Shown: positions 1 to 12,561, numbered from the stretch's first letter. The stretch: 64,000 nucleotides of DNA from an uncultured Gemmatimonadaceae bacterium (GCA_963843845.1 CAWJMB010000002.1:1344001-1408000); one strand, 5' to 3'. A program made the numbers and translations. The notes: generated by a model not told the origin, from the letters alone.

Positions 1-368
1 GTCGTGCGGCGGCGGCACCGACCGGGGCAGCGCCAGCACCGGCGCCCGCTCCACCGGCGCCCACGACGGTAGCACCACAGGCGCGCGGCGCGGCGAAGCG
101 CGGCGCGAACGCGACTCCGGCGAACCCGGCGTCGCCGAACGCCGCCTCGCCGAACGCCGCCTCGCCGAACGCAGCCTCGCCGAACGCCGCCAAACGCGGC
201 GCGGCGAAGGCGGCATCGAAGGTGGTCGCGAAGCCTGGGGCCAAGCCCGCCACCAAGTCGGCCCCGCCTGCACCGGCGCCTGCACCGGCGCCCGCACCGG
301 CGGCCGCGGCGGGCGGTGCCGCGGGCCGGTCCGGCAGGAAGCGGACGCCCACACGCCGCGACGCGTGA
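1..368 (+). CDS. 3' end of a gene running in from the left edge; Ala/Pro/Lys-rich low-complexity tail
   Basis: Frame 3 is open from the edge to TGA 366-368 (...PASPNAASPNAASPNAASPNAAKRGAAKAASKVVAKPGAK...RRDA*); the stop overlaps the next GTG start (GTGA). Confidence 0.6.
   Translation, partial: RAAAAPTGAAPAPAPAPPAPTTVAPQARGAAKRGANATPANPASPNAASPNAASPNAASPNAAKRGAAKAASKVVAKPGAKPATKSAPPAPAPAPAPAPAAAAGGAAGRSGRKRTPTRRDA
132..191 (+). repeat. 4 x 15-bp coding tandem repeat (SPNAA)
   Basis: tcgccgaacgc(c/a)gcc at 132, 147, 162 and 177. Confidence 0.85.
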
Positions 369-1099
369 CCTCGCGGCGGAGATCTGCCCGACCGGACACG
401 TCGGCATCGTCTCCGCCGCGCGCGACGGACGGATCGGCTGCACGCGATCCGTCCGTCGCGCTCGTTTCCGACCCACCCCCGCCATTTCCCGCAGCTTTCT
501 ACGACCGCGACCCACCGCTCGTCGCGCGCGAGTTGTTGGGCGCGCTCCTCGTCTCGCGCACCGTCGACGGACCGACCGCCGGCATCGTCGTCGAAACGGA
601 AGCGTACCTCGGCGCCGAGGACCCGGCGTGTCACGCGGTCGTCGGGCGCACGCGACGCACGTGGCATCTGTTCGGACCGGCCGGCACCGCCTACGTCTAC
701 CGCATCTACGGCATGTACTGGTGCGTCAACGCGGTGACGCAGCGCGAGGGGATCGGCAGCGCCGCGCTGATTCGCGCCGTTCGGCCGGTCGTCGGACTCG
801 ACCTGATGCGCCGACGCCGCCCGCGCGCCGCGCGCGACCGCGACCTCACGAATGGCCCCGGCAAGCTCTGCGACGCGATGCGGATCGACGGAACGCTCGA
901 CGGCGCCTCGCTGATCGACTCGCCGCTGACGCTGCACCCTGCGGCCCCGGTCGACGACGCTGACGTCGTCGTCACGCCGCGCATCGGCATCACGCGCGGC
1001 GCCGATCTGCCGTACCGCTATCTGCTGCGCGACGACCCGTTCGTCTCGGCTACGCCGCGCGCGTTCTTTCGTCGGCCGTACGCGAGGGAGCTGCGTTAG
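365..1099 (+). CDS. mpg: DNA-3-methyladenine glycosylase (MPG/AAG family)
   Basis: Motifs GIVVETEAYLG, AYVYRIYGMYWCVN, LTNGPGKLC, TPRIGI; start uncertain. Confidence 0.92.
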   Translation: MTSRRRSARPDTSASSPPRATDGSAARDPSVALVSDPPPPFPAAFYDRDPPLVARELLGALLVSRTVDGPTAGIVVETEAYLGAEDPACHAVVGRTRRTWHLFGPAGTAYVYRIYGMYWCVNAVTQREGIGSAALIRAVRPVVGLDLMRRRRPRAARDRDLTNGPGKLCDAMRIDGTLDGASLIDSPLTLHPAAPVDDADVVVTPRIGITRGADLPYRYLLRDDPFVSATPRAFFRRPYARELR

Positions 1100-1117
1100 G
1101 CCGCGACTCCTCGACCG

Positions 1118-1843
1118 CTAGCGCTCGAACGCCGATGCGACGTTGATGCGCACGCCCCCTTCCAGCTGCGCCGACCCGCCGAGGTTCCAGAGCGACCGCG
1201 ACTGCTCGCCGCTCGCCACCCCCTGCACGAACAGCGCGGCGATCCCGACGCGGAGTTGCGCACCGCCGATGAGAAACGGTGCGACGATGCTCTCCGCCGA
1301 CGCGATCCGATCGCGCACGCCCCAGTACTGCTCTGCGGTCGCGAAGTCGCCGCGCGGCTGCGCGCGACGCATCACGTGCAGCGCGAGACCGACCCCCGCG
1401 TACGGACGCAGGCGCCCGAGCGCGACCGGCGCCGCGAGGGCCGCCGCCGCGTAGCGACGCGAGTCCTCGATCGACACCTCGCGCACGCCGTCCTTCGTGA
1501 ATGGGTCGGCGACGAGCGAGCGTCCATCGAAGAACGCCTGCTCTGCGGAGACGAGCAGCGCGCCGCGGCGGTGCGTCACGAGCCACTCGCCTCCCGCGAG
1601 CGGCGCCGAGGTGCGTCCGTCGGCGACCGTGCCGAAACGCGTCACGCCCCCCTTCGCGCCCCAGTACCACGAGTCCTCGAACTCGCGCCGTGCGTCGGGC
1701 AGCGCGAGGTCGCGGTCACGCTGCGCCACCGCGCGCTGCGGCGACAGGCCGAGCGACGCGACGACGAGCGCGGCACACGACACGGAAGGAACGAACGTCG
1801 ACGCGAACCCCGACCCGAACGCACGCACTGAACGACGCGGCAT
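1118..1843 (-). CDS. Exported hypothetical protein, probable outer-membrane beta-barrel
   Basis: Signal peptide ending AVAQ; alternating beta-strand segments (WYWGAKGG, PYAGVGLAL, QLEGGVRINV). Confidence 0.55.
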   Translation of the reverse strand: MPRRSVRAFGSGFASTFVPSVSCAALVVASLGLSPQRAVAQRDRDLALPDARREFEDSWYWGAKGGVTRFGTVADGRTSAPLAGGEWLVTHRRGALLVSAEQAFFDGRSLVADPFTKDGVREVSIEDSRRYAAAALAAPVALGRLRPYAGVGLALHVMRRAQPRGDFATAEQYWGVRDRIASAESIVAPFLIGGAQLRVGIAALFVQGVASGEQSRSLWNLGGSAQLEGGVRINVASAFER

Positions 1844-1976
1844 GGCACCCCCTCGGCTGACGATCTCGACACGGCGCCGCGAAGTGGCGCACCTCCGAGA
1901 CGACGAGGGGCCCGCGCGTTGCGTCACGCAGGGGAGCGAAGAACATTTCGGACGACGCGCCGCAAGGACTGAAGGC

Positions 1977-2309
1977 ATGCAGATCGCCCCGTACGCCCCG
2001 CCGTACCCCGAACCGTTCCGCACCGCCGTGCTCGGAACCGTGTTCGCGAACCGCGCCGACGTCGTGCACCGTCTTCAGCCCGGCGACCGGCTGATCCTCG
2101 TCCCCGACCCGCCCGACGCCGAGATCCCGGCGGTCTGGGTGCACGCCGCGGGAGGGGACGTCGTCGGGCACCTCCCGCTGCAAGTCGCCGCGTGGCTCGC
2201 GCCGTGGATGCTCGCTGGTGGTTGCTGCGGCGCATGGGTCGAGAAGGTCGGCGGCGACGAGGTCGGGAGCTGGCGTCGCCTCGTCGTGCGCCTCGAGTGT
2301 CGCGTGTGA
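1977..2309 (+). CDS. Stand-alone HIRAN-domain protein
   Basis: 110 aa; pattern LQPGDRLILVPDP...AVWVH...VVGHLP resembles HIRAN. Confidence 0.7.
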   Translation: MQIAPYAPPYPEPFRTAVLGTVFANRADVVHRLQPGDRLILVPDPPDAEIPAVWVHAAGGDVVGHLPLQVAAWLAPWMLAGGCCGAWVEKVGGDEVGSWRRLVVRLECRV

Positions 2310-2327
2310 GCGTGCGCGACGCGGCGG

Positions 2328-3539
2328 TCAGATCACGCCGAGCGCCGTCCCGACCTTTCTGAAGGCGGCGATCGCGAAGTCGAGATCGTCCTTGGTGTGC
2401 GCCGCGCTGAGCTGGCAGCGAACGCGCGCCTGGCCGTGCGGCACGACCGGAAAGCCGAAGCCCGTGACGAACACGCCTTCGTCGAGCAACCGGTTGCTCA
2501 TCTCGATCGCCTTCGCGGTCTCGCCGACGATGATCGGCACGATCGGCGTCTCGCCGGCAAGCGGCGAGAACCCGGCGTCGCTGATCGCGTCGCGGAAGTA
2601 GCGCGAGTTCTCACGCAGTCGCTGCACCCGCTCCGGCCGCCGCTCGGTGAATCGAATCGCTTCGAGCGAGCTCGCGGCGACCGTCGGCGGCAGCGCATTC
2701 GAGAAGAGCTGCGGCCGCGACCGCTGGGTCATCATGTCGACGAGCGGCGCGGCGCCGGCGATGAACCCACCCGCCGCGCCGCCGAGCGCCTTGCCGAGCG
2801 TCGACGTGATCACGTCGACCTCGCCGACCATGCCGAAGTGCTCCGCCGTCCCGCGCCCGGTCGCCCCGAGCACACCCGTCGCGTGCGAGTCGTCCATGAC
2901 GACGATCGCTCCTTCGTCGCGCGCGATCTGCACGATGTCGGGGAGCTTCGCGATCGACCCCTCCATCGAGAAGACGCCGTCGGTCCACACGATCTTGCGT
3001 CGCGCCCCGCGGTTCGCGACCAGCTTCGCGCGCAGGTCGTCGAGGTCGCCGTGCTTGTAGACGGCGGTCGTGCACTTCTTCGACGCCTTCGCCAGGCGAA
3101 TGGAGTCGATGATCGACGCGTGATTCAGTTCGTCGGAGACGACGAAGTCGCCCGCGTCGACGATCGTCGACGTCAGCGCCTCGTTCGCGTTCCACGCTGA
3201 CACGAACGAGAGCGAGGCCGCGGTCCCCACGAATCGCGCGATCGCCTCCTCGAGCTCACGATGGATCGTGAACGTGCCGCAGATGAAGCGTACGCTGGCC
3301 GTGCCCGCGCCGAATCGTCGCAGGGCGTCGATGCCCGCCTCGACCACCGACGGCTCGTTCGCGAGGCCCAGGTAGTTGTTCGACGAGAGGATGAGCACGT
3401 CCCCTCGCCCTTCCATCTGCACGCGCGCTCCCTGCGGCGAATCGAGATGGTTGAGTGCCTTGTAGACGCGATCGGCCTTCAGCTGATCGATCTCGGCCTG
3501 CAGCTCCGCCGTGAGTCGCGTCGTCGTCTGTATCGTCAC
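2328..3539 (-). CDS. kbl: Glycine C-acetyltransferase (2-amino-3-ketobutyrate CoA ligase)
   Basis: SNNYLGLA, GTASVRFICGT, SDELNHASIID, DGVFSMEG, DDSHATG, STLGKALGG (PLP lysine); in an operon with tdh. Confidence 0.95.
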   Translation of the reverse strand: MTIQTTTRLTAELQAEIDQLKADRVYKALNHLDSPQGARVQMEGRGDVLILSSNNYLGLANEPSVVEAGIDALRRFGAGTASVRFICGTFTIHRELEEAIARFVGTAASLSFVSAWNANEALTSTIVDAGDFVVSDELNHASIIDSIRLAKASKKCTTAVYKHGDLDDLRAKLVANRGARRKIVWTDGVFSMEGSIAKLPDIVQIARDEGAIVVMDDSHATGVLGATGRGTAEHFGMVGEVDVITSTLGKALGGAAGGFIAGAAPLVDMMTQRSRPQLFSNALPPTVAASSLEAIRFTERRPERVQRLRENSRYFRDAISDAGFSPLAGETPIVPIIVGETAKAIEMSNRLLDEGVFVTGFGFPVVPHGQARVRCQLSAAHTKDDLDFAIAAFRKVGTALGVI

Positions 3540-3832
3540 GTCGCCCCCGCGGCGCGTAGCCGCTCTGCTGTCGATGCATGCCCTGCCGACTCGGCGAGCG
3601 CGAGCGGACTCGCGCCGTCGTGATCGCGGACGTTCGGATTCGCGTTGTTGTGCAGCAGCAGCTCGACGGTCGCCGTGTCTCCGCGGGCCGCGGCGAGATG
3701 CAGCGGCGTACGCCCCTGCGGATCGGTCGCCCGCGTCAATCGGTTGTCCATCGAGAGCACCGCGGCGACTTCGTCCGTGTCGCCTGCGGCCGCGGCAGTC
3801 AGAATGTCGTCGTGATCGTCGTAGTCGCTCAC
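3536..3832 (-). CDS. Small ankyrin-repeat protein
   Basis: [21 protein letters not shown] and GASPLALA repeats; its stop overlaps the kbl start. Confidence 0.9.
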   Translation of the reverse strand: MSDYDDHDDILTAAAAGDTDEVAAVLSMDNRLTRATDPQGRTPLHLAAARGDTATVELLLHNNANPNVRDHDGASPLALAESAGHASTAERLRAAGAT

Positions 3833-3854
3833 GGCCGTGTGAGAAGATGAAGAG

Positions 3855-4880
3855 TCATGCGATCTCGAAGATGACCTTGCCCGCCTCGCCGCTCTTGATG
3901 GCGTGAATCGCGTCGTCGAAATCGTCGAGCGGAAAACGGTGCGTGATGACGGGCGTCGGGTCGAACTCCTTCGCGAGCAGGAAGCGTGTCATCTGGTGCC
4001 ACGTCTCGTACATGCGCCGGCCGACGACGCCGTAGATCGTGATCCCCTTGAATATGACCTCGCGCGCGAGGTCGATCTCCATCGGCTGTGCCGGGATGCC
4101 GAGGAGCTGCACGCGCCCGCCGACGCGCACGAGGTCGAGCGCCTGACGAATCGCGGACGGCACACCGCTCATCTCGAGCACGACGTCGACACCGTAGTTC
4201 GCCGTCGCCCGGCGAACGGCGTCGGCGGCCTGCTCGGGGTGCACGGCCTCGTGCGCCCCCATCGCGCGCGCGAGCTCCAGCCGCCGGTCGTTCACGTCCG
4301 ACGCGACGATGTGCGACGCGCCGGCCGCCCTGCAGATCCCGACCGCGAACACGCCGATCGGTCCGCATCCCGTGATGAGCACCGTCGATCCGGGAATCTC
4401 CGCCGTGAGCGCGGTGTGAAACGCATTCCCCATCGGGTCGTGAATGCCGCCGACGTCGTACGACAGCGACGGGTCGAGCTGCCAGATGTTCGACGCCGGC
4501 ATCGCGATGTACTCGGCGAAGCAGCCGTCGCGGTCCACCCCGATGATCTTCGTGTGCGGGCAGACGTGCGCGTTCCCGGTGCGACAGAGCAGACACACGC
4601 CGTCGACGATGTGCCCTTCGGCCGTGACGCGGTCGCCGACCTTCACCGTCTCGACGAGCGCGCCGACCTCGACGACGTCGCCCGCGAACTCGTGCCCCAC
4701 GACGAACGGCGGCTTGCACCGCGCGCTCGCCCAGGCGTCCCACTCGTAGATGTGTACGTCCGTGCCGCAGACGCCCGCACGCCGCACGCGGATCAACGCC
4801 TCGTCGTCCCGCACGCGTGGCGTCGGCACGTCGCGCAATGCGAAGCCAGGGGCCGCTCGCTCCTTCACCAATGCTTTCAC
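3855..4880 (-). CDS. tdh: L-threonine 3-dehydrogenase
   Basis: [16 protein letters not shown], structural Zn cysteines [29 protein letters not shown] start chosen at 4880. Confidence 0.95.
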   Translation of the reverse strand: MKALVKERAAPGFALRDVPTPRVRDDEALIRVRRAGVCGTDVHIYEWDAWASARCKPPFVVGHEFAGDVVEVGALVETVKVGDRVTAEGHIVDGVCLLCRTGNAHVCPHTKIIGVDRDGCFAEYIAMPASNIWQLDPSLSYDVGGIHDPMGNAFHTALTAEIPGSTVLITGCGPIGVFAVGICRAAGASHIVASDVNDRRLELARAMGAHEAVHPEQAADAVRRATANYGVDVVLEMSGVPSAIRQALDLVRVGGRVQLLGIPAQPMEIDLAREVIFKGITIYGVVGRRMYETWHQMTRFLLAKEFDPTPVITHRFPLDDFDDAIHAIKSGEAGKVIFEIA

Positions 4881-5133
4881 GCGTATCGCTCCACGAAGTG
4901 ATCGACGCGGTCGGGCCGTGCGCGGCGTCGGCGCGCCCCGAAAGCTGATCGCGCGCACGCCCCGCGGCTAGCGACGCCGTGTGACGCGGGCGGCGCCGGC
5001 GCGTCGTGTGGGTGCGGGCGGCGTGGGGCGTGTGTCGCGCGTGCCGCCGGGAATGACGCGCGGGCGATGGACCCGCCGGCCGAGCGGCGTGCGGGAAAAA
5101 CACAAAAGGCCACGATTTCCCGGCGCGCCGGTA

Positions 5134-5162
5134 TTGCGTATCAACTTGCACATATCTAACTT
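5134..5162 (+). promoter_or_regulatory. Putative sigma70 promoter of the histone-like gene
   Basis: TTGCGT-17 nt-TAACTT in an AT-richer patch. Confidence 0.55.
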
Positions 5163-5349
5163 CGCGTATCGCTACGAAGTCCGCGTGTGTTCGGCGTGAC
5201 GTGCGCGCGGCCGGCGGTGGCGATCTCTGCCGCGCCGCACTCGCGCGCCGCGCGGAGATGCGATCGGCGTCGTGATGTCTCGGCGACGCAGCTCGACCGA
5301 CGGTCCACCGGGGGACTGCGGTTCGTTCACTCGTTCCAGGAGCGACACG

Positions 5350-5676
5350 ATGGCTGCTGCCAAGAAGTCGACCGCGAAGAAGAGCACGGCGACGAAGAGC
5401 ACCGCGAGGAAGTCGGCCGCGAAGAAGTCGACGGCCACGAAGTCCACGCCCAAGAAGTCCGCGGCCAAGAAGTCCACGGCGAAGACCTCGACCGCGAAGA
5501 AGTCGACGGCCAAGACCTCGACCGCCAAGAAGTCGACGGCGAAGAAGTCGGCGGCCACGAAGTCGGCGGCGAAATCCTCGACGGCCAAGAAGTCCACGGC
5601 CAAGAAGTCCACGGCCAAGAAGTCCACGGCGAAGAAAGGCGCGGCGAAGAAGGCCAGCTCGACGCCCACGATGTAG
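5350..5676 (+). CDS. Histone H1-like basic repetitive protein (20 x KKSTA-type pentapeptide)
   Basis: AGGAG RBS before ATG 5350; 108 aa made almost entirely of K/S/T/A; followed by a hairpin. Confidence 0.85.
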   Translation: MAAAKKSTAKKSTATKSTARKSAAKKSTATKSTPKKSAAKKSTAKTSTAKKSTAKTSTAKKSTAKKSAATKSAAKSSTAKKSTAKKSTAKKSTAKKGAAKKASSTPTM

Positions 5677-5697
5677 TTCCCGCGGGCCTAACGCGAC

Positions 5698-5733
5698 TGA
5701 AGCCCCGCCTGTCGGCGGGGCTTCATCGTTTTC
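5698..5733. terminator. Intrinsic terminator hairpin, possibly bidirectional
   Basis: tgaagccccgcc-tgtc-ggcggggcttca followed by tcgtttt. Confidence 0.75.
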
Positions 5734-5787
5734 GTCCTCCCGCTCGTCGAGCGCGGGCGATGCGTCGCATCACTCGCCCGACCCGAG

Positions 5788-5943
5788 TCAGGCGGCGCGC
5801 GACTCCGGAACCTCGACGACTGGTTCAGGCGCCGGACCCCACACGTACGCGACGAACCGCGGCGCCGGCTCCGCCGTCGCACCGTTCGAGATCACGATGC
5901 CCATTGGTTCCTGCACGTCGGCAGTCTGACGAATCTGTTTCAT
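5788..5943 (-). CDS. Small hypothetical protein, 51 aa (absent from the ORF track)
   Basis: GGAGG 7 nt before ATG; MKQIRQTADVQEPMGIVISNGATAEPAPRFVAYVWGPAPEPVVEVPESRAA*. Confidence 0.6.
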   Translation of the reverse strand: MKQIRQTADVQEPMGIVISNGATAEPAPRFVAYVWGPAPEPVVEVPESRAA

Positions 5944-6208
5944 GATGTGCCTCCACATGGCGAGAACGTCCGGGTCTCCGGACGCCCGCCCCTAAGGCAG
6001 CCACGATGCCATCGCGCGTCGTTTCGCTAAGTCGCGTGACGGCAGCAGCTTGCGATCGTTCGCCGGGCCGAGCGCCTGCTTCGCGTGTCGCGGGGTGCGA
6101 CACGACGAGGACACCGGGAGTCGCATTTTGCCACACCCCGACGCGGGACTCCGCACGAGCGCCCGTTGGGCCTGCGCGCCAGGACGCGCGTGCCGGTGCG
6201 CGAATGCG

Positions 6209-6985
6209 CTAGTGCGTGGCGATCAGTTTGCGCGCCAGAAACGTCGAACCCCGCGTTCCGTCCGTTTCGACGCTGACCGACCAGTCGCCGTAGCGCGCGC
6301 GCAGTGCGTCGAGCGAGGGCCCGAACGCCGGCCCCTGCACGTCACGCATGAGGTGCACGCCGCCATCGAGCGTCGCCCGCTGCAGTTGCGCGACCACGTC
6401 GCCGAGCGCGATCGCATCGAGGCTCGCCAGCGCCGTCGACGAGCAGACGACGGCGCGGAGCGCCACGTCCGGCGCCCACCCGCTGAGGTCGCCGACGCAC
6501 CCCCGCATCCGACTGCCGAAGCCGGCGGCCTCGGCCGCATCGAGCACACGTTCGATCACGTCGGGCGCGTCGTCGAGCGCCGTGACGGTACAGCCGTGTG
6601 CGGCCGAGTACATGACGGCCGACGCGTCGTCGAGTCCGGCGACGAGCACGTGGCCACCATCAGCGACTGCACTGAGCTCACGCGCGACGGCGCTCGCGGG
6701 ACCGATCCCCCAGTGCTCCGGCTTGCGGTACTCCGCGAGCATCTTGAGGTGACGTCGGCGCCAGGTCTGGTACGTCGGCAGTCCGACACGCCGCGCGATG
6801 ATGCGGTCGACTTCGTCCCACAACACCAGCTCGGTGAGCGTCGTCTGCGCGGCGTCGCGAAGGCGCGCGACTGCCTCGTCACCGATCGCGAGCAGCGCCG
6901 ACCTCGGCAACGTATCCTTGTAGGATTCGATCTCGCGTTCGACGAATAGCTCGTACTCGTGCTTGAGAGAACGCGGCGTGGTCAT
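6209..6985 (-). CDS. Hypothetical protein: helical N-terminal domain plus degenerate class I methyltransferase-like fold
   Basis: C-half VLVAG...AAHGCTVTALD...CVGDLSGW...LQRATLDGGVHL resembles a Rossmann methyltransferase lacking a canonical GxGxG. Confidence 0.6.
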   Translation of the reverse strand: MTTPRSLKHEYELFVEREIESYKDTLPRSALLAIGDEAVARLRDAAQTTLTELVLWDEVDRIIARRVGLPTYQTWRRRHLKMLAEYRKPEHWGIGPASAVARELSAVADGGHVLVAGLDDASAVMYSAAHGCTVTALDDAPDVIERVLDAAEAAGFGSRMRGCVGDLSGWAPDVALRAVVCSSTALASLDAIALGDVVAQLQRATLDGGVHLMRDVQGPAFGPSLDALRARYGDWSVSVETDGTRGSTFLARKLIATH

Positions 6986-7070
6986 GGCGAGCGGCAGGCG
7001 GCTACGAAGGCAGGGATGGATAAGGTAGAGACCACGGAGAGCCGCGCAAGCATGGCGTCGAGATGGGTGC

Positions 7071-7856
7071 GTGCCAGAGCTACCTGAAGTCGAGACGGCG
7101 GTGCGTCGGCTCCGCGGCGCGATCGTCGGACGCACGATTCAGCGCGTCGAGCGCCTGCACCCGTCGACGCAGCGGGCGCTCGACGCACGCGACGCGGTGC
7201 GCATCCTGGGCAGGCGCGTGATCGCCGTCGAGCGCACGGGAAAGCACCAGCTGCTCGTGCTCGACGACGGCGCCGGCGTACACGCGCATTTTCGGATGGC
7301 AGGCGACTGGTACGTCGATGCAGCCGCCGATCCGCTCCCTCGTCACGCCCGCCTCACACTCGATCTCGACGGCGGCTCGCGCGTCTCGCTCGTCGACCCG
7401 CGCGCGCTCGCGACCGTCGTCTATCATGGCGACGCGCGCATCGCGCTGCCCACGCTCGGCCCCGAGCCGACCGATCCGGCGTTCGACGCGGCGGCGCTCG
7501 GTGCGGCGTTGCGAGCGCGCCGCGGTCCGATCAAGCCCGTGCTCCTCGATCAGCGTGTCATCGCGGGACTCGGCAACATCTACGCAGCAGAGGCGCTCTG
7601 GCTCGCGCGCATCAGCCCGCGCCTGCCGGCGAATCGACTCGGCCCCGTGCGCACGGCGCGGCTGCTCGACGCGATGCGGACCGTGCTGACCGATGCACTC
7701 GCGGCGCCCGGACGCTACGCGAACGGCGAGACCGTCGACGCGATGCACGTCTACGGCCGCGGCGGCGCGCCGTGTTCTCGCTGTGGCACGGCGATCCGAC
7801 GCATCGTGCAGGCGGGCCGCTCGACATACTTCTGTCCGCGCTGTCAGGCGCGTTGA
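7071..7856 (+). CDS. mutM: Formamidopyrimidine-DNA glycosylase (Fpg)
   Basis: MPELPEVE N-terminus, GLGNIYAAEAL H2TH motif, C-terminal zinc finger CSRC...CPRCQ. Confidence 0.97.
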   Translation: MPELPEVETAVRRLRGAIVGRTIQRVERLHPSTQRALDARDAVRILGRRVIAVERTGKHQLLVLDDGAGVHAHFRMAGDWYVDAAADPLPRHARLTLDLDGGSRVSLVDPRALATVVYHGDARIALPTLGPEPTDPAFDAAALGAALRARRGPIKPVLLDQRVIAGLGNIYAAEALWLARISPRLPANRLGPVRTARLLDAMRTVLTDALAAPGRYANGETVDAMHVYGRGGAPCSRCGTAIRRIVQAGRSTYFCPRCQAR

Positions 7857-7895
7857 GCGGTCCGCGGGCGAGCGCGCGTTCGCCTGTGAGGCAGG

Positions 7896-9089
7896 TTAGG
7901 CAGCTTCGAGTAGCGCGCCCTTGATGTAGCCGGTCTCCGGGATCGTCAACACCTCCGGATGGTCACTCGGCTGCGCGCGCAGTTCGCGCAGCACGATCTG
8001 CCGACCGCTGTCCGCCGCCGCAGCTTCGAGCATCTCGAGAAAGAGCGGCTTCGTGAGATGGTAGCTGCAGCTCGCGGTGAACAGGCGCCCGCCCGGCGCG
8101 AGCATGCGCATCGCTCGCAGGTTGATCTCCTTGTAGCCGCGCAGCGCCGTCGGCAGCGCGGCGCGGGTCTTCGCGAACGCCGGCGGGTCGAGGACGATCG
8201 TGTCGTACGTCGCGCCCGCGCGCTCCTCGTCGCGCAGAAAGTCGAACGCGTTCGCCTCTCGCGTCTCGAGGTGCGCGAACCCGTTGAGCGCTCCATTGAG
8301 CCGGGCGCGCTCGAGCGCGGCGGCCGACGTGTCGAGTGCGGTGACGTGCGTCGCGTGGCGTGCGAGGTGTAGCGCGAACGATCCGTGGTAGCTGAAGCAA
8401 TCGAGCGCGCGCCCGCGCGCCACGCGGCCGACGAGCGCACGGTTCTCGCGCTGATCGAGGAATGCCCCCGTCTTCTGTCCGGTCCACGGTGCCGCCACGT
8501 AGCGTACGCCGTGCTCGTGCACCTCGATCTCGCGCGGCACGTCCCCGGCGAGCAGGACCGTCTCGCGCGCGAGCCCTTCCTTGATGCGGAGCGCGGCGTC
8601 GTTGCGGGCGAGGATCCCCTCGCACCCCGTGGCGTCGCGCAACGTGTCGACGATGACGTCGCGGAAGACGTCGAGCCCGGCACTCATGAGCTGCACGACG
8701 AGCCAGCGGTCGTAGCGATCACAGACGAGGGAGGGGAGGGCGTCGCCTTCGCCGTGGATCAGCCGGAAAGCGTTCGTCTCGTCAGCGAGCCGTGCATCGC
8801 GCCGGCGGGCGAGCGCCACGTCGATCCGGTGTCGCCACCACTCGGCGTCGAGCTGTCGGTGCGGTGTGCGATCGACGAGGCGGAGGGAGATTTCCGACGC
8901 CGGGCTCCAGAGCGCGGTGCCGAGCAGCCGCCCTCGCGGATCGGCGACGGTGACGGCGCCTGCGGCGACGGTCGGCCGGTCGATGACGTCGCTTCGGTAG
9001 ATCCAGGGGTGGCCATTCGTCCATCGTTGCGCGCCGCGAGCGGAGACGGTGGCGATGGCGAGTCCGACAGCAGGCGGTATCGTGGGCAT
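7896..9089 (-). CDS. RlmI-family SAM-dependent rRNA methyltransferase
   Basis: PUA-like GHPWIY, GQKTGAFLDQRENR, LDCFSYHGSF, LDPPAF, TASCS. Confidence 0.9.
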   Translation of the reverse strand: MPTIPPAVGLAIATVSARGAQRWTNGHPWIYRSDVIDRPTVAAGAVTVADPRGRLLGTALWSPASEISLRLVDRTPHRQLDAEWWRHRIDVALARRRDARLADETNAFRLIHGEGDALPSLVCDRYDRWLVVQLMSAGLDVFRDVIVDTLRDATGCEGILARNDAALRIKEGLARETVLLAGDVPREIEVHEHGVRYVAAPWTGQKTGAFLDQRENRALVGRVARGRALDCFSYHGSFALHLARHATHVTALDTSAAALERARLNGALNGFAHLETREANAFDFLRDEERAGATYDTIVLDPPAFAKTRAALPTALRGYKEINLRAMRMLAPGGRLFTASCSYHLTKPLFLEMLEAAAADSGRQIVLRELRAQPSDHPEVLTIPETGYIKGALLEAA

Positions 9090-9116
9090 CGCCAAATCTG
9101 GCGACTCGTCGCGTGA

Positions 9117-9145
9117 TTGACAGGAGTGAGTTTTCTGCGTACTAT
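9117..9145 (+). promoter_or_regulatory. rRNA promoter P1
   Basis: TTGACA-17 nt-TACTAT. Confidence 0.8.
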
Positions 9146-9202
9146 GCGGACCCTCTTCTGGGGTGCGCGAGTTCTTCCAGGAGAACGGGGTGACGTCGCA
9201 AG

Positions 9203-9231
9203 TTGACTTCTCGCTTGCCGTTAGCTAATAT
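9203..9231 (+). promoter_or_regulatory. rRNA promoter P2
   Basis: TTGACT-17 nt-TAATAT. Confidence 0.75.
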
Positions 9232-9265
9232 CCAAAGCTACCCGCGACGCGGTCACGCGCTGCGG

Positions 9266-9283
9266 TGTTGATTGACAAGTGAA
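9266..9283 (+). promoter_or_regulatory. boxA-like antitermination element
   Basis: tgttgattgacaagtgaa just downstream of P2, resembling rrn boxA. Confidence 0.45.
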
Positions 9284-9474
9284 GGAATCGAGGAGCGATC
9301 GGTTGTGGCGACGTGAGTCGCCGTGATTGATCGCGTGGGAAGCGAATTCTCATCGAACGAGGCGGCGTCGACGTGAGTCGATGTCGATCGTCGAACGACG
9401 AGAAGGAGATTGCAGAATCTCACATGCGGATCGCTGCGAAGCGTTCCGCGCGCGTGCAATGCTTGACGGTTTTT

Positions 9475-12447
<2,973 letters not shown>

Positions 12448-12561
12448 TCCCAAATACCACTGCATTGCACGTGAACGTTCGCACGTCCGGTCGCATCAGC
12501 GGCCGGACATTCTCACACTCCTCGATTCCTTCTCTCGTTCCTTAGAGCAGCACGACATATC

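Noticed and set aside
4881..5349. Glycine riboswitch upstream of tdh-kbl
   Set aside because: No recognisable aptamer consensus by eye; a cmscan run would be needed to exclude it fully.
5362..5661. CRISPR-like periodic array
   Set aside because: Contiguous 15-bp coding units without spacers, and no cas genes.
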